Origin: Callorhinchus milii
Taxonomy: Eukaryota
Reading direction: 5' to 3'
NCBI RefSeq assembly: GCF_018977255.1
Contig: NW_024704743.1
Coordinates: forward strand, 107,572,001-107,636,000
Length of the DNA: 64,000 nt
Position 1 is the stretch's first letter. Each line of letters opens with the position of its first letter. This document shows, piece by piece, positions 11,061-24,586 of the stretch. The notes below the pieces were generated by a model. The model was not told where the DNA came from, did not search any database, and was given only the letters and a program-made list of their open reading frames with translations. A program made the translations under genes and the position numbers.

Positions 11061-14000
11061 GCAATCTTTGCATTTTCTTTGCCCTAGAGCTGAGTTGCAG
11101 CTACACATCTGATCCACTGCCAGGACAACCTTTCTTCCACCTCTGGAGCATTGGCTCACTATCACGTTTCTGAAATCTTAATACATTTTGTCAACTTCAG
11201 GGTAGAATTCTTCAATAGCTCAGCAGGCTCTTTACTTCCACAAACTGCAATTTATCCAGAGGTCCTTGAACTCATTCTTGTCCCACTGCAGACCAGTGAA
11301 TGAATTATGTCTCCACAAACACTTCTCATCCTTCCCATTCATTTCCAAGCTCCACAGGCTCCCTGTTCCCCACAGACTTCATTTCAGGACCTGTAGTTTT
11401 CAAATCAATCCATGGCTATCCCCACCTTATCTGTCCGATCTTCTCCATTCTTACCAATGGATGCAGAGTCTTCAGCCATCATATCATTAACCTCTGAACC
11501 GTTTAAAAATAACTATCTCTTTGATGTGTCTTCAGTCACCTCTAAGAATCCATAATTTCTTATTTTGCCTTCTGTGATCTTTGTTTGGCACATTGAGTAG
11601 TTCCTTTATGTAAATGTTGCTATAAAATGCTGATTATTGCTTTAAAATGTTTGTGGCTAAACATTCCAGTGATTTCCTTTGAGTTCAAAATGCACATTAG
11701 TCCAAATCTCAAAATCTAGCTAGTTTTTCAGATAGATCTATGTTGAAATGGCTATTACTACTTTCCTAGTTAGGGTATTTTTTGATCATATCAGTACTGG
11801 ATATTGAATATGAGGTTCTCTATGGAGCAGCTTCCTGCCTGTGAGCTGGCATCAGCAGAGTTGCTGCCTTGTGTGAGGGGGAGACTGAAAGGAATGACAA
11901 TGTTAACTGTTAAGCGCTCATGAGATGCCACCCTACGTGGAGGGCGCAATGTAGGTGCAAGTCGTTGTTAAAATGCACTACATGTTAAGGTTCTCCCCTA
12001 CCAGGTGACTTGTTTTCTCTTTCGTGTTTGGAAGGAGAGACACTTTTCAATATCACTTCCCCACACCATAACATGCAACCCAATGCTGAAAATAAACTTG
12101 ATGGAATAATTCATGTAGCTTTTGTACCTGCAGAAATGAAATTGCAAGTGTACTGTTGAGGTAAATTGATTGAATTGTTTATCAGTTCCTCCTGATCTCC
12201 AATTAGTGCCTTACATGCTATATGCTGTTTTTTCTTCAGTGTCCTGTGTCTTTCCTTTGTTAAGAGTTGAGCTCTCACTGACTCATCCGTGTCAGAACCT
12301 GAAGGCTATTGAATTTTGTCACCCTCTCTTTCCATCCTCATATAATCCACAGGTTTTTAAAACATAGGTTAAGGTTGAGCTAGATGTCACCTTACAACTA
12401 CTTGTGGTTTTGTCTTGTTTGTTTATCTGCTCTCTTTAAGCTTGGCATCTATATTCTGAGATGTGTCTCTTCACCTAGCTTTCTTAGTGTATTATAATAA
12501 TAATCTTTGTATTTGATATATCGCCTTACGTGTTGGAAGAAAGCTTCATATCGCTTCACAGGATTTCTGTTGTGAAAAGTGCTATATAAATGCAATGTTT
12601 TGTTTTACTGTAAAATATAGTGTCTGTAGTTTGTCAAATGTACAGAAATAAATGAAAACAATGTGAGATACACATATGCCCACCATTGGTAGCTGAGTCT
12701 TCAGCCTCTAAACCCCTACCCTCTGGAAATCTCATAAAATCCCTCCACATTGACACATCACTGTTTTTAAGTCTCCTGAAAACCTACTTCTGTGACTGTG
12801 CTACCATCACTTCCATCCTCCTGCTTGATGTCCGCCAGTCTTAAGGAAGCACTTTGAGACATTGCCCTACGTGAAATGTGCTACATAAAGTTGTTGTATA
12901 TGTACCTGAGCGCTGTAAGCAACTTTCCTCCCATTGAAGCTGCTTGAATCAAAATATAATACGTATGGACACCTTTTTGTTCTTAGCACTTCTTCCTTAT
13001 TCCCAAATATTGATTACTCAGTTGGGGGGAGGAAACAATCAATCAAAGGTGTTCAACGCAATGACAGTGACAACTGTGGTGAAAGTTTTTGTCATGTACA
13101 ATAAATGGTTCATTACCAATGTTGCAGTGAAATCTAATTTAGCTATAAATTCAAAACATACTCAGTAAATGTACAATGATGCTGCCTTATTTAGTCTTGG
13201 CCTTGTTCTTTGGAACTTGCCTAAATCTGGATCTACCAGAAGTTGGGTATTGAATTTTTAATCTAAACCATCTGTTGTCAAGGAAGTTGAAAATGGCAGC
13301 CAGGGTAAAGTATTCTTTTAGTGGGAATATGTGTAGGGTACAATCTAATCCTGTACGTCTATCACCACATCCAATTTAAAAATATACCTCAAAATTATTC
13401 AGGCAGAGTGATTCCTGCACCTGTCTTGGCTACGACTTTTCAATGTGAACAGGTTGAATTGACTGAAACCTTTTATGCCTATTCATTCACGCAGACAGGC
13501 AGCCTGAGGGGCAGTGACTGGAGCAGTTGTCTCACCATTGCATCACTTCAGTTGATCTGAAAGGAATTGGACAAGCTGCTTCGGGGTGTACTGCAGGTTT
13601 TAGAATAATCCTTGCATTTGATATAGCGTCATATCATGTTGTTGAGATGACAGAATGTGCTTCATGGAATATATTAAGTGAATGGACTGTATAATTTGTG
13701 TAATAATAATGCTTGCAAAATACATTTATGCTTCTGCCAATAGCATGTAAAATAAAGACTTGAATTGGATACATACACCCTTAAACCAAGTTGTGGTGTG
13801 ATTAAAAATGACTGCTGTCTGTGGTCATCACTGTGAACCTGCAGCATACAATTCTGATAATTAATGGACATGGTCAACACTTTAAGTGGCAGCCTTCCTG
13901 TATCTATAGAGTTGAATATTTGTTATTTTTGTACCAGTTCTGTAAACAAATGTACTATACTGTAACTAAAAGGGCTGGCATATGGTCTTTAGGCTCTGCT

Positions 14001-14480
14001 GCTCTTGAGTACAGAGACACTCAAGGATGACGTGCTGTGTTTTTCTTAGTTTCAGTGAAGAAGTGCATCATTGTTGCATTCTAAGCATTGTTGAAATTGA
14101 ATGAGCTAATTGAATATACCTGAGATGAATAAAGAAAACTATCTCTGGAGGCTAATATTCAGCTACCTGATTCATGATCAACTATTTGCATTTTTTTTTG
14201 TTTTGTTTTCCCAGAACATCAACAAATGCTTTGTGGTTTCGAACAATAAATGGACAACTGAGTAAATTACCATTACTTAGAACTACTCTACTGAGTATTT
14301 CAGACTGAATTATTTAATGTTTGAATATAATAATAATCCTTGCATTTATACAGTTCATTATTTAAGTCACATTTTTGTTTCCTAAAATTATAATATATAT
14401 TAATATATATGCAAAAAATTACAAAATAGAAAATTACATTTGTAAAGTGCCTTTCATGTCGGGAGGGTGTCCCAAGGCGC

Positions 14481-14517
14481 TATATATATATTTATATATA
14501 TATATTTATATATATAT
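14481..14517. repeat. Interrupted (TA)n microsatellite
   Basis: Direct reading. Confidence 0.9.
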
Positions 14518-14888
14518 GCAATGTTTTCCAGTGGCTTTTTATTAAGTTGCAATGTAATGGTAAACAAATCAGAATAATAACTCCAAAACAAGTCATTAAA
14601 GTTAGATGGTTCATTTAACTGCTTTGTATATTTTTTTAAAAAATGGTATGGTTGCTCCATTTCCTAGTTGCTTTGTGGTTTTGTTTTCCCTGAATCTCAA
14701 CACAAATGAAGCGATAAGGCCAGAGAGAGTCGAATGCTCATTGTGGCAGCTCCATCGCCACAAGAACTGCAGAACAGGCCCACCACCACCTTCATAGGGG
14801 AACTGGGGCTCAGCAATCAATGCTGGTCCTGCATTGTTTCTTACATCCCAAGACCGAGGTTGAAGTAAATGAACTAACATTAGATTGT

Positions 14889-15195
14889 GGAGTCCTGTAG
14901 CTCAGTGGTTAGAGCACTTGCCTTCCAAGCGAGACACCTGGGTTCATTTCCCGGCAGGGCGAAACCTTGGGCAAGCTTCCTTACTCCACACGCCTAATAA
15001 TAATCCCTCCAAAACAAAAATAAATTGGTCATTTTCAATCTATGACTGTTTGTGGGACACTGCTGTGCGCAATTAGCCGCCGCGTTTTGCCCACAAATAT
15101 ACAGTCAATTCACTTTACAGTCTTCTGTGAAGTGCTTTGAGATGTCGAGAAGACGTGAAAAGCGCTACATCAAATTCAAGGATTATTTATTATAT
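14889..15195 (+). mobile_element. Full-length tRNA-derived SINE
   Basis: Same head and core; tail variant gagatgtcgagaagacgtgaaaagcgc. Confidence 0.92.
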
Positions 15196-16107
15196 TATAT
15201 AGATCCAAAATCAAATTTAATCATTGATTGGATTTTTTAAATAAGTACTTTTCAGATGCAGAGTTATTATTAAATAAATACTTTTCAGATGCATAATGGG
15301 GTAAGAGTTCAATGAATATTGAATGAATATGGACTAAAATGTTTACATAACTATACATAAATCAGCCAGAAAGTTGCATTTGTATAGCATCCATCGTGCG
15401 AAGTAGCACATTGGAACGCTTAACAACGATGTAGTTTGACGCTGAGGCGGAGAGAAAGAGGTATGACAGTGTGCACTTAAAAATAGTTTTTTTTATATTG
15501 GTAGTAACATTACAATTATGCAGTACTGTCCATCTAAGAGTGTTCAATTTAAACGTTTTCATTACATGTCCAAGTTTGCTATTTGCAATGTAAATAATCT
15601 AAGCAGCCAGTTTCCTGTTCAATAACCGGTTTCCCAGTTTCACAGCCTGTAATGCTAATGTCAGATCTGTTCAGTGCAGTTGATCTGAAGGGATGTGAGA
15701 CTTGTTACAGGTTTATGAGAACATTGTTTGTAAAAATTGTATCATTCTTTATTTTGAAAAAAGTTCAACTTTAAACCCGTACATGTCCAGTTGGTTTAAT
15801 ATAGCTTCCATAATACCCCACTGGTTGGTTTCATTTCTGATCTTTCAGTAATGTCAGGATGGGTGAATCATAGAAAATGTTTGTCATGGTGATTTCTATG
15901 GTTCAAGTGACTTAATATTACTACTGGTCGATTTTAGAAATAGTGGAATTCGTAGTTAGTTCTGTTATAAGGATTATACAATGCATAATGTACTTTTGGG
16001 ACAGCAAACTGAAAGAAGTGGATTCTGCCTCTAGATTTAGAATGATTCATCTCTTGGGTGATATGCAGTTGCATTTAAGCAGTTTCCTTTTGTATTGCCC
16101 CCATAAT

Positions 16108-16424
16108 GGAGTCCTGTAGCTCAGTGGTGAGAGCACTCGCTTTGCAAGTGAGAGACCTGAGTTCAATTCCAGGCAGAGGGCGAAACCTTGGGCAAGTTTC
16201 CTTACTCCACACGTCTAATAATAATCCCTCCAAAACCAAAAACAATAATAAATTGGTCATTTTCAATCTACGACTGTTTGTGGGACATTGCTGTGCGCAA
16301 TTGGCTGCCGCGTTCGCCCACAAATATACAGTCAATTCACTTTACAGTGTGTTCTGTGAAGCGCTTTGGGACGTCCTCCCGACGTGAAAAGCTCTGTATC
16401 AAATGCAAGGATTATTATTATTAT
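16108..16424 (+). mobile_element. Young full-length tRNA-derived SINE (DeuSINE-like)
   Basis: GGAGTCCTGTAGCTCAGTGG...GAGTTCAATTCC head; GCTGTGCGCAATTGGCTGCCGCGTT core; tail ending AAATGCAAGGA(TTA)n; near-identical to the 7864 copy. Confidence 0.94.
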
Positions 16425-17294
16425 AAAAATTGCTGTCATATTAGCATTGATTGTCAAGATATCATGGCCTCCTTTTGATTTGCTTAATTGTCCACAGGTG
16501 CGGGATTTAAAGGGGAAACATTGCTTATAACAAGTATTGTGTTTTTGCTGGGTAGTGGATGATAAATTGTGATTGCCAATTACCATGGGTTCATACCACG
16601 ATCATTTGGACATATCACATTGCTGTTCACCTGCATTGAGCTGCTGACTAGAAATTATGGAATTAAAGTCCATTGATACAAAGTACACATCAGCTAGCAC
16701 ATGTAATGCTTTTGCTTAAATGTTCTTTTTTAAGGAGTATTTTGTAATCCAGCATTTAAACTTACCTCTTCGACTGCTTGATGTTCGACCCATCATTATT
16801 AAGCACTCCCCCAGACCTTATGTATCCCACATTGAAGGATACTATACAAATGCAATTTGTTGCCTTTTATCTAACCTTTATGGGATGTTTTGCTCTTCTA
16901 CATCCTTCACATCTTGGAGCCAATTAACAATAAATTTCATATGTAATAGAAGATAAGTCAATATTTTAGAGGGGAATAAATAGTTTGTTTTGCCAGGCTC
17001 TCCATATGATTGATAATTGCCCGAGATGACCATTTTTATGAATCAATCCAAGCTGTATTATGCCAGCATTATCTTTAGAAGCTCAAAACCTGATTCAAAA
17101 TAAGTGATGGAAATTTAATTTTAACTGCTGAAAGCTGCATCAATGTTCATAATAAACCTTGCCTTTGGTGTAGCGTCTTTCATGTCAGGACAACATATTA
17201 AAGCGCTTCACATAAGTTCTTGTGAAGTGTAGCGATTTTGTAGGCAAATGTAGCAGCTAATTTGCACACAGCAGTGTCCTACAAACAGCCATAA

Positions 17295-17612
17295 AATAAT
17301 AATAATAATAATCCTTGCATTTGATATAGCGCTTTTCACGTCGGGAGGACGTCCCAAAGCGCTTCACAGAACATACTGCAAAGTGAATTGACTGTATATT
17401 TGTGGGCGAACGCGGCAGCCAATTGCGCACAGCAATGTCCCACAAACAGTCGTAGATTGAAAATGACCAATTAATTATTGTTTTTGAAGGGATTATTATT
17501 AGGCTCTGTGTGGAGTAAGGAAACTTGCCCAAGGTTTCGCCCTCTGCCTGGAATTGAACTCAGGTCTCTCACTTGCAAAGCGAATGCTCTAACCACTGAG
17601 CTACAGGACTCC
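17295..17612 (-). mobile_element. Young full-length SINE inserted into an old DeuSINE (about 17150-17890)
   Basis: Reverse complement of the 16108 family; the flanks resume an old element (gcacacagcagtgtcctacaaacagc | gaatgaacag...ctgcattggagtgacagcct). Confidence 0.93.
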
Positions 17613-19678
17613 AAAATGAATGAACAGTTTTATTTTACAGTATATTTGGCTATTACACTGGGAGTAACTCCCTTCTCTATTTGAATTAGTGCCTAACGAT
17701 CTTTACATACAGCCGAATGGGATGACCGGTCCTTGGTTCAATGACTCATCTCAAGGATAGCACATCTAACATTGCAGCACACACCCAGCACTGCATTGGA
17801 GTGACAGCCTCGACAATATGACTTCAAAGAGAGTTTGAAGCCACAATCTTCTGACTCCAGTGGCAAGAGTACTGATCCCTAAGGCTGATATACAGGCTAT
17901 GTATTCAGAAAGTTTTGCGATTCAAATCTCATTCCAACCTTTAGAGTAAGGAAGTAGAAGTGTGGATTTTTATTCCGGTTGCACACCAATGTTCAAGTGC
18001 AACCATACAGTGACTTTGTAGGCAAATGCAGCAGCTAATTTGCACACCAGTGTCCCACAAAACCATAAAGTGAACGAGGCATTAGAGTTGATTAATATAT
18101 CCAAGTACAGTAGCTTTGGCTTATTCTGTTAATCATTATGTTGGTATTACTTTATCATGGATGCTGTACGCCTAGATATTGTATCTGGTGGTTGTAACTA
18201 TCATAATGACTCTATATGTAGATGACAACATATTAGCCAAAGGTACATTTCTAAGACTGCTCATTTTATACTTGTAGTACTTAGTGACCATTTTGTAAAG
18301 TATCTACCGTATTTCAGTAAATAGAATAAAGTGTGATGTGGATAAACCTAATTCTGACAAGGCAATCAATAATGTGGTTAATGATTGTGTTTCGTTAATG
18401 ATTGTGTTTGGTTTTGCTTTATTCACTGAGGCAGTGCAAAGGAAAGATTGTTTACCTTACTGAACAAGCTCAGGAATACGAATAGAAGTGTACCACCAGC
18501 CTCATGGTTTGGGACTTTTAAAAATCAGTTTTTACCAATTTGCACCATTAATATCTGTATTTTGTTTTGATAGTCAGTAAACTTGATCTTCAATGTTTTT
18601 TAAATCAGCTTTTTTTCTCCTGGGATGCGCATATCATACCCCTACTGTTTGATGTGCAAATCACACGTTCACAGTTGGCCTCTGAATCCAGCGACTGTAT
18701 ATAGATGACATATATACATGACACATTTCAGGATGTACAATACTAATCCTTAAATTTGATATAGCACCTTTCACATTGAGAAGAAGTCTCAAAACACTTC
18801 AGGATGTATTGTAACGTGGAATGAATGACTATTTTGTAGGCAAACATAAACAAATTATTACGTAGCTTAGTGGTGATCAACCTTTTTGGTTGACCAATAA
18901 AATAATAATAGAAATAACAAAATAGCCTAGATTTATAGCATAAATCTACACTATTTTGAGATTGGCCACCACTTGATGTTGCTGTGTGACAGAAGTTTGC
19001 TTTTGTTGCTTATGCTTTGAGTGAAGGGACTATTTGACGTGCTGAGATCATCTTAGATGTTCTTTCACTGACTTTAATGGGGGGGTGTGGGGGGAAGCAA
19101 ATCAGTAGCAAATATTTACTAATTTCTGTAACAGACATTTTCCCCTGAATTTTCACTTTTTTCAAGAAAACGAAATACTGAAAATATACCCAGCTTTGTA
19201 TTTCATGGTTTAAATTGCTTTTATGGCCTTTACTGATACTGGAGAAGACTATGGGAGGAAGCCAGGAGTGGATGGAGAATCGTATGGAGTGGATACATCA
19301 GCAAGGACTGGTTGGCCCAAATGGCCTGTTCTGAGCTGTTCAGTCTTATGTTAATGCAATATTGTTTTTAGAGAATCTGAGTTAACAAATCTAAATGTTA
19401 ATCCTTCAATTTGCTCTGCTATATACAGTATAATTGTTGCCTGAGTGCTTTTAAAGGTTTAGCTGTGTTGTATAATTTTTAATATTTAAATTGCAAGATA
19501 ACAAAGCCTTTTCAGTGATCTTGTAGAAAAAAGCACCACCATGGCATTAGGCTAAACAAATTTTACAGGGTTTTGTTTCTGGCTTATGCTGAGGTTATCT
19601 TATGTCAGTTGGGGCACTAACATTTACATAGGCATTTTTTGGGCCGGGGTGGGGGGTGCAAAAAGGAGGAATCAATGA

Positions 19679-19849
<171 letters not shown>

Positions 19850-19941
19850 TAGGACTTATTTCATTACCTTATTAATCATAATTTAGTGAAATTAAAATAC
19901 TGTTTTACATTTGGCGAATGTATATTTAAAAATTATTTACA

Positions 19942-20680
19942 TACAGTGCAACCCCTTTATAAAAAGCCTTGCTAGAGCGCAAGTTCACTCATACAGTAAA
20001 ACTCGCAAGTCTTTAAAATGTACAGTTGCTTAAGTCGTACATGTACCCGAGTCCCATTCAATTTCCTATGAACAAAAACACCTTGATTTCTTTGTACAAG
20101 TCGTAACTTATAAAGCAAATTATTTCCTAACTTACTGGCTTTATTGCATTGTGGGAAATTAAGTTCTGACCTGTCGTCGAATGTGCAGTTACCGTCTGCA
20201 TTGAAATACGCATGCGCAGTGTAGATTATTGATTAAATAGGATTTTATACACTTTATACAAGTTTGCCTGTATCTCATGCTTTGTGTAAATTGTATTAAA
20301 TATTAAGGTCCTGACTTATACAACTTATGTAAGTTTCACTATACAACAACAACAACAAGATTTCATTTATAGAGCGCCTTTCACGTCGGTAGGACGTCCC
20401 AAGACGCTGGACAGTTGGGTCGGGACCCGAGCAGGGGGGAAATGGTCAGGGTGAGGGGAGGGAAGGGAGGGAACGAGGAGGGGGTAGAGAGTCGAGAGGG
20501 GAGCTGAAGGCACAGTCGAAGAGAACTGTATGTCTTCTCTGACAAAAACAGTTGCACAGGAAGTCAGTTAGTCCCAACTAATCGCAACAAGCAGCAACTT
20601 GGAAGTAGTTTTTTTTTCTTGGACTAGTCTGATTTATTTTTGGCACACAAGACACCGCGTTATAACTGGGCTGTCCTGTA
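19942..20680. mobile_element. Probable Tc1-mariner/Tigger-like non-autonomous DNA element(s), with an L2 3' fragment (20343-20525, minus strand) inside
   Basis: Termini TA-CAGTGCAACCCCTTTATAA and TTATAACTGGGCTGTCCTG-TA form imperfect inverted repeats flanked by TA. Confidence 0.45.
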
Positions 20681-21377
20681 TTGTGCTTCATACATCGAAA
20701 GGTAAATTTAAAATTCGTCAATTTAACCAAATATCATAAATCCATTTCCTCAGATACTAGTTTTCTTTGGAAACAATTCTAGTAGTTCAGTAACAAACCC
20801 AAGTAAGCATTGATCACTTCTGAAACATTTTTTCTGCCTTCTCATTATTTTGCAATCTTCTATTGAAGTCTTCTTTTTAACCTCACTTTCCTTCCCCAAT
20901 GTTGGGGGGTGGGTGGGTGAGGGGGTGTGGGGGGAATCTTGTGATAATAGAGTAATTTAACTTTATATGTATTAAAATCTCCTAATCTGGAGATTAAGTG
21001 TGGAATATATGGAAAACAATTGTTTCTTGAACAAATATTCCAATTAACTATGTTCCATTTCTATATTGCATACCTGCTCATTTCTTAATTGCAGCTAGTA
21101 CAATTTTCCATCCAGTTCTAGCTTTTTGGTCTGTTATCTGCAGCCATTCAATTGTAAATCTCACAAATCCATAAGATGTACTCTTAGGTGTGACCATTGT
21201 TCAGTTTTATGGTACATATTACATGTGCGTTGCCCATCATTTTGCATTGTTTGGGCTGTTCAAGAACAATGAATGCACAATAATGGAAAACCTAAAATAG
21301 GTTTCTGGCTAATTTCTGATTTGCTTTTCTTGCAAACAATACATGTATGTATGTAGAAACCCTGACCATTCATATGA

Positions 21378-21572
<195 letters not shown>

Positions 21573-22047
21573 TGAATGATCTGTGAGTATATGATCAAAT
21601 AGGTACAAATAACATCTTGTTTTCGGAAATCTTTGTTGCCAGATATTGGATATCCATATAATTCAAATATTTATAACAGTTTTTGTGGATGAATTGTAAC
21701 AGTTATTTAAAATGTAGTTTTTCCTTGTTTTCACTTTTTATATCCGTAATTTGTTTTCTCCATAAACAGTCAATCACTTCACGGTCATGTGAAGCACTTT
21801 GACACATCTCGATGACGTGATAAGGGGCTACATCAAATGCAAGGATTATTATTTTCTGTAGTAATGGGGTTTAAGTTTATGTAGTAAAGGGGTTTAAGTT
21901 TAAAGTTGTGTATCATCTGTATAATAAGTGAAGCTCACTCCTTTAATATCAAGGCAAATCTGATTATATCTGTTCATTAGGTCTGTATAAAGTTGCTGTG
22001 ATTCGCAACTTGGAGTTTTACATTCTGTTTTATTTTCTTGTGGCTAG

Positions 22048-22130
22048 GCCGGGCAAGAGTCTTTCCGTTCCATCACAAGATCCTACTACAGAGGAGCTGC
22101 TGGAGCCTTGCTAGTTTATGACATCACAAG
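22048..22130 (+). CDS. RAB2A: RAB2A exon 4 (AGQESFRSITRSYYRGAAGALLVYDIT)
   Basis: Acceptor gctag, donor GTAACA; 83 nt; switch II and YYRGA motif. Confidence 0.97.
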
Positions 22131-22668
22131 GTAACATTTTATTGATTTAGATCACATATACATCTTTGTTTCAATATTGTAACTTTTTGCCTTAATAGCC
22201 AATTATTTTTATGTCTTAAACTTTAGTTTTGTATGATTTTTTCCCCCAACTTCTTTCAAATAGGTGTTTGTTTCTGAAAATTTTGCATGGGTCTTCCAGC
22301 CTGAAGAGGGCAGGCACACTTTAAAATGAAAGTAGTTTTGCAAAATACATTTTTTAAAAATTTCCATGTTGCACTTAATTATTCATGTTAACGCTTCCTT
22401 TATTTTCTCTGATGCTGAATTTAATTTTCTGTAGAAAGACAAATTAGCTTAGCTACAAGACATTTTAAGACTATTGTTAATAATAATAATTATTAAGACT
22501 TAAATATTTTGAATTTGTTTTTATTCAGTTCATATCACATTGAATTCCCTTGTCAGATTAGATTTATTTGTAAAAATTAATATCTTACCTTATTGACATT
22601 CAAGATACAAGGTATACATACAGCTGTTGGACATCTTACTGTTTCCCACCGTCTTCATCTTGCATTGA

Positions 22669-22863
<195 letters not shown>

Positions 22864-23433
22864 TAACGTTTTAATTCAATCCAGAGTAAATACTTTTTAT
22901 TTCTATAAACAACTACTGAGTATCTCTGCTTCTAAAATCCTTGTAATGTAAATTTAGCAGAATTGCTTGTAATTTGAGAAATGGTGCTTGCAAGAATGAT
23001 GAAGAAAGTATTGTATAAAAGGTCAGGGGTAGTTTGGGCGAAGGCTGATGAAACCTATTATACACAGGGGAATTTTGGGGATGGGCAAATTTTTCATTTA
23101 TTGGGTAAGAAATCTTGATTTATTTGGAATTGCAAACCAGCATCTTATAAAGAACATTTATCCCATGACCCACTATCTTTGCTCATCTGACATGGTCATC
23201 ATTTACTAAGGCAAGTAAGCAGCACTCTGCCAACAATGTGCAAACTGCATGCACATGCATTGGATGAGGCCCACACTGCAACCACATTAAATAAATTTGT
23301 ACTAGACTGAAACATATTATAACAGGATTGCAATATATAGTAAAAGCTGTAATAAACACGGTAAAATGCTTCTTCCGTTCAATACAAGGAAGTCCCATTG
23401 AAGAATACCATTGAGTTTTCACTTTTGGTAAAT

Positions 23434-23625
23434 TCAGTTTGTGGTAATAAATTGCACTGCATTTTCAGTAGGTCCTTGGGAGATGCTTTTCCTCCTTTTG
23501 CAACCAGTAAAGGTTTTCATTTCAGAGAATGACCTTTCAGCATTGGCACTTGTCGTTGGCAAGACCTGACTGCGTGAAACGCATTGACAAGTCTGGTATG
23601 ATGTAACAAGTGGGTTGTGAAGCAC
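23434..23625 (-). mobile_element. hAT transposase C-terminal dimerisation-domain relic
   Basis: Minus-strand LPTTSANAERSFSEMK (23515-23562) matches the hAT dimerisation motif P.[ST]S...ERSFS. Confidence 0.65.
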
Positions 23626-24586
23626 AACGTGAGCCCAGTCTTGGATTTCAGATTCTGAACAACATTTTTCAGATTACCAAACACTAAAGGCAGATCAGAT
23701 TTTCTTGCTTGTTATGAGATTCAGTTTGTAGCGCAACTTAACGTGTTTTATCTTAACACCTGCTATTACATTTCACAGGACTTATTTGAGAATATGGGAG
23801 GCTAGGGTTAGCATGGAGAGAACGGAACAGAACTTAACACAGAGCCTTATTAGATGGTATTTTAAGTCTATAAAAACCCAACCAGCATTATCATGAGGTC
23901 TCAATAGCCAATTTCACTGCATGTGGGTGCAGCCAGCTCTCATGTTAACAAAAAATCATCAATTTCTAGATCATTAAGTTGCTACTAATGTCAGTGTGCG
24001 TACTACTCAGGAAATTATATTGGCTTGACCTGATGGTTTGGACATTGGCCATTCAGCATGCAGGAAGCACGAGTTGGATATACCAAAGTGTGTTATAACA
24101 GTGCTGAACTGTATCTGGTACTATTCAACATTCTGGTCTTGTTCTTTCGGAACAATATCTCGAGAGGTCAGTTAGACCACATGTTTGTCATAGGCTCGCA
24201 ATAGCTAAGTCTCTGAGTTCTTGTATTTAAGCAGGGACCCAGCTCAATAAAATGAAAAACAGCTGCTTTTACGTAGCTGGTCTGGCATACTTCTACATTT
24301 ATTATAATAATAATAATACTTACATTTGATATAATTAGTGCATTATGGGTTGAGACGTCACAAAGTGCCTCACAGGAATTATTGTAAGATGTAGTGATTA
24401 TTTTTTGTAGTCGAATGTGGTAGCCAATTTGTTTTAAAAGGTATCCTACAAACAGCATTGAAGTGATAGTATCTTTAATAGGATCTGAACAGGCAGATGG
24501 AACCTCAGTTTCACTTCTCATCCAAAGGATTGCACCTCTGACAATGTAATGCCACCCCAGTACTACACTGGAGCCTCAGTCTAGAC

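Noticed and set aside
16108..16180. tRNA-like sequences with A and B boxes (also at 7867, 14889, 57051 and others)
   Set aside because: These are SINE heads: they lack a proper acceptor stem and run into the SINE body.
16075..16478. Recurrent short ORFs such as MESCSSVVRALAL and MGKFPYST
   Set aside because: Chance translations of the same SINE, repeated wherever it is inserted.
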